A stretch of 64,000 nucleotides of DNA from Alphaproteobacteria bacterium (GCA_963665325.3 CAXXWS020000004.1:32001-96000); one strand, 5' to 3'. Shown: positions 9,901 to 18,472, numbered from the stretch's first letter. The notes: a model not told the origin generated them from the sequence alone. Numbers and translations: made by a program.

Positions 9901-10220
9901 CCCGGCGACCCGGCGACCCGGCGACCCGGCGACCCGGCGACCCGGCGACCCGGCGACCCGGCGACCCGGCGACCCGGCGACCCGGCGACCCGGCGACCCG
10001 GCGACCCGGCGACCCGGCGACCCGCGACCCGGCGACCCGGCGACCCGGCGACCCGGCGACCCGGCGACCCGGCGACCCGGCGACCCGGCGATCCGGCGAT
10101 TATAGCGGGAATCTCAGGGATAAGCAGGAACGGATTTGTCAACCCCGAAACGCGGATGACGCGGATGGTGTCGACGGGCGCCATCAGCGCCGCCCGGATC
10201 CTGCCCGTAAATCCCGTCAT
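3903..10220 (-). CDS. Giant autotransporter/adhesin: lectin-like N-domain, multiple Calx-beta/Ig-like repeats, C-terminal beta-barrel (start uncertain: 10220, 9809 or 9800)
   Basis: Signal-like LAAALLALPLLAGLPTGAAAQ; repeated V.EG..A.FT.T...DD..DEPDGSV; barrel region WGRASQGSFDG...LGADY...RLRLGLEGS ending in terminal Trp. Confidence 0.85.
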   Translation of the reverse strand: MTGFTGRIRAALMAPVDTIRVIRVSGLTNPFLLIPEIPAIIAGSPGRRVAGSPGRRVAGSPGRRVAGRRVAGSPGRRVAGSPGRRVAGSPGRRVAGSPGRRVAGSPGRRVAGSPGRRVAGSPGRRVAGSPGRACCVRMPAMKAPAWLRRPGRPSSPPESSRSAGGGGSSRRPASSSGSFGSSAALRLRRGLRPALAAALLALPLLAGLPTGAAAQTAVECTTANTDGSYPVPNDWALKPSGLAAGAQFRLLFVTSTQRDGSATDIATYNTYVQTRAKAGHSAITDSCGNRFTVVGSTSAVDARDNTGTTGTGVPIYWLTGSKLADNYADFYDGTWDSYSVKLESGGGLSGNVSVFTGSNTDGTKHNAHFGHSAAIRNGVVQSGADPISAGTTPPSFTRHLFGLSPVFTVAAPPDATVSIVSGGSPLPGGYADEQGTNVVIEAVTLSAIQTSHVPFRACFSSSFTSPSFSVRSGVVPITLTNGCLDSDISSGFSAFSFTVWGTPDSTDEPDEVVTITVTDDPNTARPAGVAPINVSDTVTIRDDDPTVASLARVGSGAVTEGGQVEFTVTLGRALVVGETIDVPLSISGTGVTTGDWSLAAKSGAANTGVGLRDVGTAAPKVRFSGAGARTATLELTPANEGTTEGAETFTIALGSNTAFDAAALGTDVGGGADPHGTANAFTVVVNDGVAASLAARPSTVREGGVSFVTVTGFPSSWGAPRIRSLAGATTSLRCDHVTDGLSNSGNNLDVCVGLADGTRTRGHWDGVAYRLTLTVVADGVAENESLTVTFEDSTDTSRTRTAVIALDDRSPLPFVSLEAVVGTNPGNVVSPTPHTVTEGGAFNLRVKMDPWFRLATPVIVNYYLADYHGERVVRGPSLTDPKRDRDPNPRSIEIGAGHSATVIHIPTVASPDLDGDSKVEVILLGGRDYATSTGKLTLTVQDADPVTNIDDNTRAQMLATPSTLTLGADAASVTEGGEVTFTVTAAPAPGYDLPVHLGASEEMGAGLDYIGLERARTVTIPAGATSAAWTVTTWSDDKQRADGTVVARIKPGDGYTAGTPSTVTVALLDDDAPALDPSLVAQVRILAGQTHNGAAHVLRWRRVLVAFGVEAYPGVTAMTAAQAEANARRYSSPLWPRIAEAIGAIGAAGSDPAPQQAATQQAAPAVDPALVALVRSYAAETHNGAAHVERWMRVLAAFGEDNGRAPMTAAEARTYADRGWTRWDPVVVAIAALEAAPEPEPQPVIPPAVSVAAGEAVSEGGGAVFTLTAAPAPASPLAVEVTVGAEGDFGIAAGARTVTVPTSGSLVLTLATVDDGTDEPDGSVSVTLNGGDGYTVGSPASGAVAVTDDDLPPPVVSVTAKAGSITEGAGAVFTVTADRAPDAALAVRLTVSEEAGSDFVAAGDEGGRTVTIPAGTTGVALTVATDDDAADEPDGSVSAAVDAGAGYTVAASPGDTASVAVADNDAAATGASLSVDDATVKEGAGLMWFTLRLSAPSERAVRVSYRTRESSPVSARQGRDYLAAGWHLYFQPGETEKRVWVWVYDDSHDEDPETFEFVLTEATVVPIADGVAVGTIVNDDPLPAAFLARFGRTVAEQALDGIAGRMAAPRTPGMQGTVAGQALNFDPAAGRPAAGATPGATPADRDTALAMADIARGFGADAPAAVSPGGAGDRFGDARAGASLAQSRSMTARDALLGSSFSLTGAADGSGGSLAFWGRASQGSFDGREGTFSLDGTVTTGMLGADYARGKWLVGLALAQSAGEGDYRDTGVSPRPDGQTCPDGVDAELCGGAVRAGDGKVEASLTAAIPYAALQASERLKLWGAAGYGTGEVTLKTALGDSYSSDTAWSMAAAGLRGDLLAPPAEGGGPALALTSDALWTRTSSEKTRDLAASDSDATRLRLGLEGSWRFAMEGGGSLVPKLEIGARHDGGDAETGFGVELGGGIAWSDPALGLSLDVSGRTLLAHENDDLKDRGYAASLAFDPAPGTQRGPSLSLRQEFGGQASGGLDALFQPATLEDRTGGVAASRWAAEAAYGFPAFGGRWTGSPHVGLGLATGARDYSVGWRLTPEANAPDFSFGLRATRRESDAQAPEHTVGVEITARW
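9824..10101 (+). repeat. 8-bp tandem repeat (CGGCGACC)n
   Basis: 24 perfect units 9831-10022, a 7-bp variant 10023-10029, 7 perfect units 10030-10085, 2 degenerate units, plus a 7-bp variant at 9824-9830. Confidence 0.97.
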
Positions 10221-10530
10221 GACCTGCTCCAATCCCTTGACCGCGATGCACACGCCGCCGAAGCGTAAAGCCCTCCGGGAAGTGTGCCCGATAACCTCCC
10301 GTGACCCATAACAAAATTACCGCCGCAGGGAAAGGGCGATTCGATTCGGCCGCCACGCAGTACTTCGCCGGCGGATCCGCGGAACCGATGCGGCGGGGCA
10401 TGGGGTATGGGCCGCCGCATCTTGCATGAGGAGACGCGGCGATGGCGGTTTCGATCCGAACCGTGGTGGAGCGGCATGCAACCCGGCGCGTGGCGTCGTC
10501 GCCTGCGTGGCGAGCGCGCACACGCTCAAC

Positions 10531-11487
10531 TCACTGGCGGTCCGACCTGGAAGCGCCGAACGACCCGACGAGCGGCCCCGACCTGAACACGCCGCCGGCC
10601 TCCTCGTGGTAACCGCCGTAGAACGTCCCCGCGACATGCTCGCCGTCCCAGTGCGCGCCCTTCGAGAACGCCCCGTCCTTCACCGCGATGCCGGTCCACG
10701 CCATCCTGTGGCCCGCGCCGGCGCCGGTCCTCAGATTGACGAAATTGTCGAGCGTGACATCGACCGAGGAGGCGCCGAAGTCGTAGACGATCCCGGCATC
10801 CCCCTGCAGCATGTCGGGAGCGGGGAACAGCCGGTTCAGGTCCGTGCCCACCGCGACGCCGGTCCACGACGCCGATCCCGATACCGGATTCGTGCCCGAA
10901 GCCCGGCCGATCGAATAGGGCGCCGCCTCAACCAAGTCGGGCGCGCGCTTGTCGGGATGGAAGCCGATCTGCACGAGGAAGGTGTTGTAATGCATCCAGG
11001 CCCCGTAGCCGGTGAAGAGCTGGGGCCTGTCGGGATTGGATGTCGCATCGTAGAAGATCTGGCCGAGCCGGATGCCCCTGCGTTCCATGACCGGCTGGTA
11101 TTCATCATCGAAAGAGAAACCGTCCAGGTTCCCTTCCCCGCTCGTGCCGTACCTGCAGGCGCGTCCCGTGCACGCCGCCCCATAGACGTGGCCGGGAAAC
11201 TCTCCGGGGGAGCGATAGAGGCCGCCGAGTATCCAGGTGTCGGCGCTGGCGACGATCTTCTCGTTGAGCGCTGAAAGTTCGTCCGAGGTCATGTCGTACG
11301 CCGTGCTTCCGGCAACATTCCCCGACGCGGTCCCGGCGTCCAGCAGCCAGTCCGGCGGGCCTGATTCCGTGCTCTCAGCGCTGGAACCGGCGGCCGTCTC
11401 CGCCATGTTCTCCGGACTCCCGGCGCACCCGGAAAGGGCCAGGGCGACGACCATCGCGAACGACACGATCATGGTGTGCATGCTCAT
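10531..11487 (-). CDS. Surface lipoprotein with TbpB C-lobe-like beta-barrel
   Basis: Lipobox LALSGC; GSASWTG...GTFYGGYHEEAGGVF...LVGSFGASR C-terminus. Confidence 0.75.
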   Translation of the reverse strand: MSMHTMIVSFAMVVALALSGCAGSPENMAETAAGSSAESTESGPPDWLLDAGTASGNVAGSTAYDMTSDELSALNEKIVASADTWILGGLYRSPGEFPGHVYGAACTGRACRYGTSGEGNLDGFSFDDEYQPVMERRGIRLGQIFYDATSNPDRPQLFTGYGAWMHYNTFLVQIGFHPDKRAPDLVEAAPYSIGRASGTNPVSGSASWTGVAVGTDLNRLFPAPDMLQGDAGIVYDFGASSVDVTLDNFVNLRTGAGAGHRMAWTGIAVKDGAFSKGAHWDGEHVAGTFYGGYHEEAGGVFRSGPLVGSFGASRSDRQ

Positions 11488-11979
11488 TACCCCGCGTGTC
11501 TGGACGAACCCGAACAGTGCCCCGCCCCCGGCCCGGGGTCAACGCGCCACCGCGTCACTGAGAGGGCGCTCTCTCACCCGGAGAGACGGCCGGCGGGCAG
11601 GAGCCCGCCACGAACGCCGCCTGAGCGAGCCCGCCCTCCCCCGGTCCGGTCCGCGGCATTGCGCGCCGCAGCCCCGGCGACGTCACTGTGGCGGATTGAG
11701 TCCCGGGCGAAGACTGCGTGCGCGGGCAACGCCCGGTAGGCCGGGCCGTCTCACACGGCGGCTTCGACGATGGCGCCGGCCTTCTCCGAGATCCCGACAG
11801 GACGGGCACCGGCAAGGTGAACGCACCCGCCGCGGTCCGGGCAGCCTGACAGCCGGCGGCATCCCGCCGAAGGCCCGCAGGATACGCACGGTCTTGTGTC
11901 ATGCGCCCCCGGGGTTCGCGGTGGGAATTGCAGCGCCGAAGACTTGGGACGACCGCACAATGCCGGAGGAACTCCGGCG

Positions 11980-12419
11980 ATGGCAGATTCAATCCGCACG
12001 GCTCCGGAGCGATGGGCGACCCTGCGCGTGGCGCTCGCGGCGCTGGCCGGCGTCGCCGCCTGCGTGGCGGGACTCCTCTGGCGCCAGGACCGGCCGGACA
12101 GCCTGCCCCTTCTCGACAGCCGCACCTCGTACACGCCCGCCGACGCGGCGGCGCCGTTCGAGGCGCTCGACCGGCTCGACGCGAATGCGCGGGCGGTCTA
12201 CGCGGCGACCGGCCTCACGATCGACATGGTATTCCCGGCGGCCTGCGGGCTGCTGTTCGCTAACCTGCCGGTCCGCCTTTTCCGTGGGAGAGGGCGCCGT
12301 TCTTCCTGCTGCCGCTCGCGACAGCAGCTGCGGACGTGCTGGAGAACGCGACCGTCGCCGTGCTGGCGCTGGACTACGCCGGCGTCCGCTGGCTGTGGGT
12401 GCGGGTGCGCCGGCGCTGA
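11980..12419 (+). pseudogene. Frameshifted small membrane protein
   Basis: LLDSRTSYT...IDMVFP in one frame; LLPLATAAADVLEN continues in another frame after ~12290. Confidence 0.55.
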
Positions 12420-12592
12420 CCGGCCGGGGCGGGCCCTCTGGCGGGAACGCAGCCGGACGCGCGGGGAGACCGGCACGGACGGCGATCCGGCAAACGACGG
12501 CCCGGGGCGGCACGACAGTCTGCAACCGCCGCCGGCAACACAGCTGCGGACCGTTCCATGGCCGGATGCCGCCAGGAGCCGCCCGGAACTGA

Positions 12593-13362
<770 letters not shown>

Positions 13363-13549
13363 CATCCCCCGGGACCCGAACGGTTACCCTCGGAATCGGT
13401 AATCCAGCGTCAAGGCCCGCCGCCGCCCGACCCCGTTTTGAAAAAAACTGCATTCGATTTGATGACTGATCCCGCAACTCGACCCCCAAGACTTCGACTC
13501 AAGATTTTTTCTTCCATGATTACTGTTAGTTATGAGATTCGAGCATAAA

Positions 13550-13632
13550 ATGCTCCGACCTTGATCCGGGCATCCGTTTCCGCCGCCGCGACGACCCCGA
13601 GGGAGATGGCCGGAACGAGTCCGGCCATGACG
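13550..13632. repeat. CGTC-type REP-like dimer, degenerate copy
   Basis: ...GATGGCCGGAACGAGTCCGGCCATGACG matches the copies at 14610 and 23965. Confidence 0.7.
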
Positions 13633-13638
13633 GGAAGT

Positions 13639-13746
13639 GTCATGAAACGTCATGCTCTGTCATGAGGGGGCCGGGCGATGTCATGAAACGTCATGTTTTG
13701 TCATGCGGGGGCCGCGCGATGTCATGATGTGTCAAGTTTCGTCATG
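13639..13746 (+). repeat. Hierarchical array: 3 x 41-bp units, each with 3 GTCATG boxes at 10-bp spacing
   Basis: GTCATG at 13639, 13649, 13659 / 13680, 13690, 13700 / 13721, 13731 (GTCAAG), 13741. Confidence 0.92.
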
Positions 13747-13804
13747 GTCCGGCGGCTGGCGGCCGGCGCTCCGGGTCTTCCGTCCGGTTTCCTGTTTTCG
13801 CCAT
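13742..13804 (-). CDS. Putative 20-aa peptide MAKTGNRTEDPERRPPAAGP
   Basis: Strong RBS AAAGGAGAG upstream of the ATG; stop lies inside the first box of the array. Confidence 0.35.
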   Translation of the reverse strand: MAKTGNRTEDPERRPPAAGP

Positions 13805-14108
13805 GGTCTCTCCTTTCCGTCCGTCTTCGCTCCGTCCTCCCCTCCGCCGCGCTGAACGCGGCGGACATTGCAGATGGCGGCGTTTGCGCCGCCGCCCGGC
13901 CCTGCGCGGCGGGACCCTGTTTCGCGCGTATTACGCGCCTGCCCGCGCGCCCGTCAGCGCGCGTTACGCGCCGGCGCGGTTCGCGCGCCTGATTGCGCGC
14001 GCGGGCCGGACGCAGGGCGCACTTCGCCCGTCGGCTGAATCGGGGCTTTGTTTCCGCGCCGGCGCCGGCGCGGGCGGAAGCGGCCTCCGGATGCCTCTTC
14101 CTATATTT

Positions 14109-14147
14109 GTTCCCTTTTTATTCTAGTGATGCCACGCCGAAATGCAA
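14109..14147 (-). promoter_or_regulatory. sigma70-like promoter overlapped by an alphaproteobacterial LexA-like box
   Basis: Minus strand TTGCAT-N16-TAGAAT; GAAT-N7-GAAC (14109-14123) versus consensus GAAC-N7-GAAC. Confidence 0.55.
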
Positions 14148-14254
14148 GTCTTTCCAGCGGAATTTTTCGCAATTTCCTGCCAGAAGGTTGATTTTCAAGG
14201 AAACATTACCTCGATACATGGCCGCCGTTCGCCTGCTTTTCGGGGGCCGGCGAA

Positions 14255-14497
14255 GTGCTGCCGCCCTTCGGCTGGGACGAGGACCGGCGGCTGCGGCTGC
14301 GCGCGAAGCTGGATGCGCTCTATTTCCACCTCTACGGCGTCACCGACCGCGACGACATCCGCTACATCTACTCCACCTTCCCCATCGTCGAGCGCGAGGA
14401 GATGAAGGTGTGGGGCCGCTATCGCTCGCGCGACCTCTGCCTCGCCTGGACGAGCGCGCTCGCCGCCGGCGATCCCGATGCGGAGATCGACCTGTAG
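14255..14497 (+). pseudogene. C-terminal fragment of a type IIG (Eco57I-like) restriction-modification enzyme
   Basis: PPF.WDEDRR..LRAKLDALYFHLYG..RDDIRYIYSTFPIV is typical of such C-termini; the rest of the gene is missing. Confidence 0.65.
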
Positions 14498-14609
14498 GGA
14501 GGCTCCGCCGGAAAGGCCGCGCCCCCGGAAACTGCCGGGTTCACACATCTGTATCGGGCCGCTCCCGTTCTGTGCCCTCATCCGCCACTCCGGCCTCCGA
14601 GCCTCTTCC

Positions 14610-14695
14610 CGTCATGGCCGGACTTGTTCCGGGCATCTTTCTCGGGGCAGTCGCGATGGCGGAAATGGATGGCCGGAACAAGTCCGGCCATGACG
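14610..14695. repeat. CGTC-type REP-like inverted dimer
   Basis: CGTCATGGCCGGACTTGTTCCGGGCATC...GATGGCCGGAACAAGTCCGGCCATGACG. Confidence 0.85.
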
Positions 14696-14902
14696 ACATG
14701 GGGGCCGGACAGGAGGCGGACAGGAGATGCCGCGCGCTGGACAAGCCGGTCCGCATTCCCCAGAGTGGGGCGGCTACTACGCGGTGGACGCAGGGAAAAT
14801 GCCTGCAACGGCAGTCTGGCGGCGCTTGGGAGCGCGCTGGCGGATTGAGGCGTTCATTGCGTTGCGGCGACGTTGTTTCGCCTCAACAGAGGGAGGATAC
14901 TC

Positions 14903-16549
14903 ATGAGGTCGAGAAGACAATTTTCACTTCGTAACCTAGCGATCGGAGCGGCGGCGGCCATCTTGCTCGCCGGCACCGTCTCGGCTCCGGCGCGGGCCGG
15001 CGGCACGCTCAGGGTCGGCATGACCGCCGCGGACATTCCGCTTTCCTGGGGCCAGCCCGACCAAGGCTTCGAGGGTTTCCGCTTCATGGGGCTGATGCTC
15101 TATGACGGGCTCATCAACTGGGACATGAGCTCCGCCGACAAGGCGTCCGGCCTCATTCCCGGGCTCGCCGAAAGCTGGTCGGTGGACGAGGGCGACAAGA
15201 CCAAGTGGACCTTCAAGCTGCGCAAGGGCGTGAAGTTCCATGACGGCTCGGACTTCGACGCCGATGCGGTGCTCTGGAATTTCGACCGGCTGTTCGACAA
15301 GGACTCGCCGCAATACAGCGCGCGCATGGCCTCGCTGGTGAACTTCCGCATTCCCTCGCTCGTCTACGATCCGGACACCAACACGAAGGGATGGAAGAAG
15401 ATCGACTCGCACACGGTCGAGTTCACCACCAAGTCTCCGGACAGCTTCTTCCCCTACCAGATCTGCTACATCCTGCTGTCGAGCCCGGCGCAATTCGAGG
15501 CGACCGGCAGCGACTGGAACAAGTTCGCCCAGAACCCCTCCGGCACGGGGCCGTGGAAGCTGACCCAGATCGTGCCGCGCGAGCGCGCCGAGTTCGTGCC
15601 GTTCAAGGAGCACTGGGACGAGACGCGCCAGCCGAAGCTCGACAAGGTCGTCACGATTCCGATCCCGGACCCGAACGCGCGCACCGCAGCCCTGCTCTCG
15701 GGCCAGGTGGACTGGATCGAGGCGCCGGCGCCGGATGCGATCCCCAGGCTGAAAGAGCGCGACATGGTGATCTCGTCCAACCTCTACCCGCATGTCTGGT
15801 CGTGGCATCTCAGCCGCGTCGAGGGCTCGCCCTGGAACGACATCCGGGTGCGCAAGGCGGCCAACCTCGCCATCGACCGCGACGGCATCCTCTCGCTGCT
15901 CGGCGGCTACGCCGTCAAGGCGAGCGGGCATGTGTCGCCGGCCGACCCGTGGTACGGCTCGCCCAGCTTCGAGCTCCGCTACGATCCCGACGCGGCGAAG
16001 GCGCTGCTGGCGGAAGCCGGCTTCGGGCCCGACAACCCGGTCCAGGTGAAGATGATGATTTCGGCCAGCGGCTCCGGGCAGATGCTGCCCCTGCCGATGA
16101 ACGAATACATGCAGCAGAACCTGAAGGAAGTCGGCATCGAGGTCGAGTTCGAGGTCATGGAGTGGCAGAGCCTGCTGGACCGCTGGCGCGCCGGCGCCAA
16201 GGCCGAACAGGCACAGGGCGCCAATGGCATCAATGTCAGCTACACGACGCAGGATCCCTATAGCAGCTTCACCCGCTTCCTGCGGTGCGACCTGCACGCG
16301 CCGTCCGGCGTGAACTGGGGCTACCACTGCGACGAGGAGATGGACGCCCTGCTCGCCAAGGCGTCGCTCGCCTTCGACGCGAAAGAGCGCGATGAGTGGC
16401 TGGCGAAGGTCCACGCGCGCGAGGTGGACAACGCCCTCTTCCTCTGGGTGGTCCACGATGTGGCGCCGCGGGCGATGACGAAGCAGGTCAAGGGCTTTAT
16501 CCAGGCCCGGAACTGGTTCCAGTCGCTCACCCCGGTCACCATGGACTAG
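14903..16549 (+). CDS. Peptide/nickel ABC transporter substrate-binding protein
   Basis: PGLAESW, FKLRKGVKFHDG, PSGTGPW; GGAGG RBS. Confidence 0.93.
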   Translation: MRSRRQFSLRNLAIGAAAAILLAGTVSAPARAGGTLRVGMTAADIPLSWGQPDQGFEGFRFMGLMLYDGLINWDMSSADKASGLIPGLAESWSVDEGDKTKWTFKLRKGVKFHDGSDFDADAVLWNFDRLFDKDSPQYSARMASLVNFRIPSLVYDPDTNTKGWKKIDSHTVEFTTKSPDSFFPYQICYILLSSPAQFEATGSDWNKFAQNPSGTGPWKLTQIVPRERAEFVPFKEHWDETRQPKLDKVVTIPIPDPNARTAALLSGQVDWIEAPAPDAIPRLKERDMVISSNLYPHVWSWHLSRVEGSPWNDIRVRKAANLAIDRDGILSLLGGYAVKASGHVSPADPWYGSPSFELRYDPDAAKALLAEAGFGPDNPVQVKMMISASGSGQMLPLPMNEYMQQNLKEVGIEVEFEVMEWQSLLDRWRAGAKAEQAQGANGINVSYTTQDPYSSFTRFLRCDLHAPSGVNWGYHCDEEMDALLAKASLAFDAKERDEWLAKVHAREVDNALFLWVVHDVAPRAMTKQVKGFIQARNWFQSLTPVTMD

Positions 16550-16613
16550 ACCGGACCCGCGCGCGGGGCGGGCGGCCCGCAACGGCCGCCCGCCCCGGCG
16601 TTTGCCGGACCCC

Positions 16614-17567
16614 ATGCTCGAATACATCATCCGCCGCGTCCTCTACGTCATCCCGATCGGCCTCGGGGTGACGGTGCTCGTCTTCGCGCTGGTGCACATG
16701 TCGCCGGGCGACCCGCTGAGCGCGGTCGTGCCGCCGGATGCGCCGGAAGAGATGGTGCAGGAGCTGCGCAAGGCCTACGGTTTCGACAAGCCGCTGCCGA
16801 TCCAGTACTTCACCTGGCTCGGACGGGTGGTGACGGGCGATCTCGGGGTTTCCGTCGCCCGCGGCCGCGAGGTCGTGGACGAGCTTCGCATCGCAGTGCC
16901 CAACACCTTCATCCTGGCGGCGGGGGGAACGCTGCTCGGATTCACCCTCGGCGCGATATTCGGCGGCATCGCCGGCTACTTCCAGGGACGCTGGATCGAC
17001 AAGCTCGCCACCGCCATCGCCATCACCGGGGTCAGCGTGCCGCATTACTGGCTGGGCCTCGTCCTGGTCATCATTTTCTCGGTCGAGATGAACGTGCTGC
17101 CATCCATAGGCATGGGGCCCGGAGGCTCGACCGCCTGGGCGTGGGACGCCGAGCACATGCGCCACCTGGTGCTGCCGGTCGTCACGCTCGCCGTCATCCC
17201 GATGGGGCTGATTACCCGCACGGTGCGCGCCACCGTCGCCGAAATCCTCAACCAGGAATTCGTCCAGGCGCTGCACGCCAAGGGCCTGTTCCAGCGCCAG
17301 GTGCTCATGCATGTGGTGCGCAACGCCGCGCCGACGACGCTGGCGGTGATGGGCCTCCAGCTCGGCTACCTGCTCGGCGGCTCCATCCTGGTCGAGACCG
17401 TGTTCCAGTGGCCGGGCACGGGCTCGCTGCTCAACAGCGCCATCTTCGAGCGCGACCTGCCGCTGCTGCAGGGCACCATCCTGGTGCTCGCCATGTTCTT
17501 CGTGCTGCTGAACCTGCTGGTGGACATCGTCCAGTCGGCCATCGACCCCAGGATGTCGCGCCAGTGA
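16614..17567 (+). CDS. ABC permease (DppB-like)
   Basis: PGDP, GDLGVS, GSILVETVF.WPG.G. Confidence 0.93.
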   Translation: MLEYIIRRVLYVIPIGLGVTVLVFALVHMSPGDPLSAVVPPDAPEEMVQELRKAYGFDKPLPIQYFTWLGRVVTGDLGVSVARGREVVDELRIAVPNTFILAAGGTLLGFTLGAIFGGIAGYFQGRWIDKLATAIAITGVSVPHYWLGLVLVIIFSVEMNVLPSIGMGPGGSTAWAWDAEHMRHLVLPVVTLAVIPMGLITRTVRATVAEILNQEFVQALHAKGLFQRQVLMHVVRNAAPTTLAVMGLQLGYLLGGSILVETVFQWPGTGSLLNSAIFERDLPLLQGTILVLAMFFVLLNLLVDIVQSAIDPRMSRQ

Positions 17568-18472
17568 CGAACGCCCGGCCCCTCGACAGCAAGCAGCAGG
17601 CGGTCGTCGATGCCGCCCAGGTCGCGGTGCAGTCGCGCGGCTACTGGACCACGGTGGGAGGGCGCATCCGCGACGACAAGGTGACGATCGTGTGCGGGCT
17701 CGTCGTGCTGCTCATCATCTTCTCCGCCGTGTTCGCGGACCTGATCGCGCTCGCCGACCCCTACAAGGCGAGCATGCTGAAGCGCCTCGCCGAGATCGGC
17801 GCGCCCGGATATCCGCTCGGCGCGGACGAGATGGGCCGGGACATGATGACCCGCCTGCTCTATGGCGGGCGGCTCTCGCTGTTCATGGGCATCAGCCCCA
17901 TCGTCATCGCGCTGGCCATCGGCGGCACCCTCGGCCTCATCGCAGGCTTCCTCGGGGGCCGGGTGAACATGCTCATCATGCGCCTGATGGACGTGTTCTA
18001 CGCCTTCCCCTCCGTGCTGCTGGCGGTCGCTATCTCGGGCGCGCTGGGCGCCGGTATCGGCAACGCCATCGTGTCACTGACGCTGGTATTCATTCCGCCG
18101 ATCACGCGCGTGACCGAGAGCGTCACCACCCAGGTGCGCTCGCTGGACTATGTGGAGGCGGCCCGCGCGAGCGGCGCCGGCAGCCTCACCATCATCCGGG
18201 TGCATGTGCTGAGCAACGTGCTGGGGCCGGTCTTCATCTATTCGACGAGCCTCATCAGCGTCAGCATCATCCTGGCATCGGGCTTGAGCTTCCTCGGCCT
18301 CGGCACCGAGCCGCCGGAGCCGGAATGGGGGCTCATGCTCAACACCCTCAGGCAGTCGATCTACGTCAATCCCTGGGTCGCGGCCCTGCCCGGCGTAATG
18401 ATCTTCTTCACCTCGCTGTCCTTCAACCTGCTGAGCGACGGGCTCAGAGGCGCCATGGACGTGCGGCTGTGA
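17564..18472 (+). CDS. ABC permease (DppC-like)
   Basis: LGADEMGRD, YVEAARASGA, LSFLGLG..PP.PEWG; GTGA overlap. Confidence 0.93.
   Translation: MTNARPLDSKQQAVVDAAQVAVQSRGYWTTVGGRIRDDKVTIVCGLVVLLIIFSAVFADLIALADPYKASMLKRLAEIGAPGYPLGADEMGRDMMTRLLYGGRLSLFMGISPIVIALAIGGTLGLIAGFLGGRVNMLIMRLMDVFYAFPSVLLAVAISGALGAGIGNAIVSLTLVFIPPITRVTESVTTQVRSLDYVEAARASGAGSLTIIRVHVLSNVLGPVFIYSTSLISVSIILASGLSFLGLGTEPPEPEWGLMLNTLRQSIYVNPWVAALPGVMIFFTSLSFNLLSDGLRGAMDVRL

Noticed and set aside
9824-10101. CRISPR array
   Set aside because: Contiguous 8-mers with no spacers and no cas genes.
10260-10530. Riboswitch upstream of the autotransporter
   Set aside because: Hairpins are present but there is no recognisable aptamer consensus.
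13363-13549. IS110 bridge/seek RNA in the AT-rich stretch
   Set aside because: The element appears to end at ~13362 and I see no sub-terminal inverted repeats; unsupported.
13639-13746. Mini-CRISPR
   Set aside because: Units are 41-bp near-duplicates with conserved linkers, not unique spacers.
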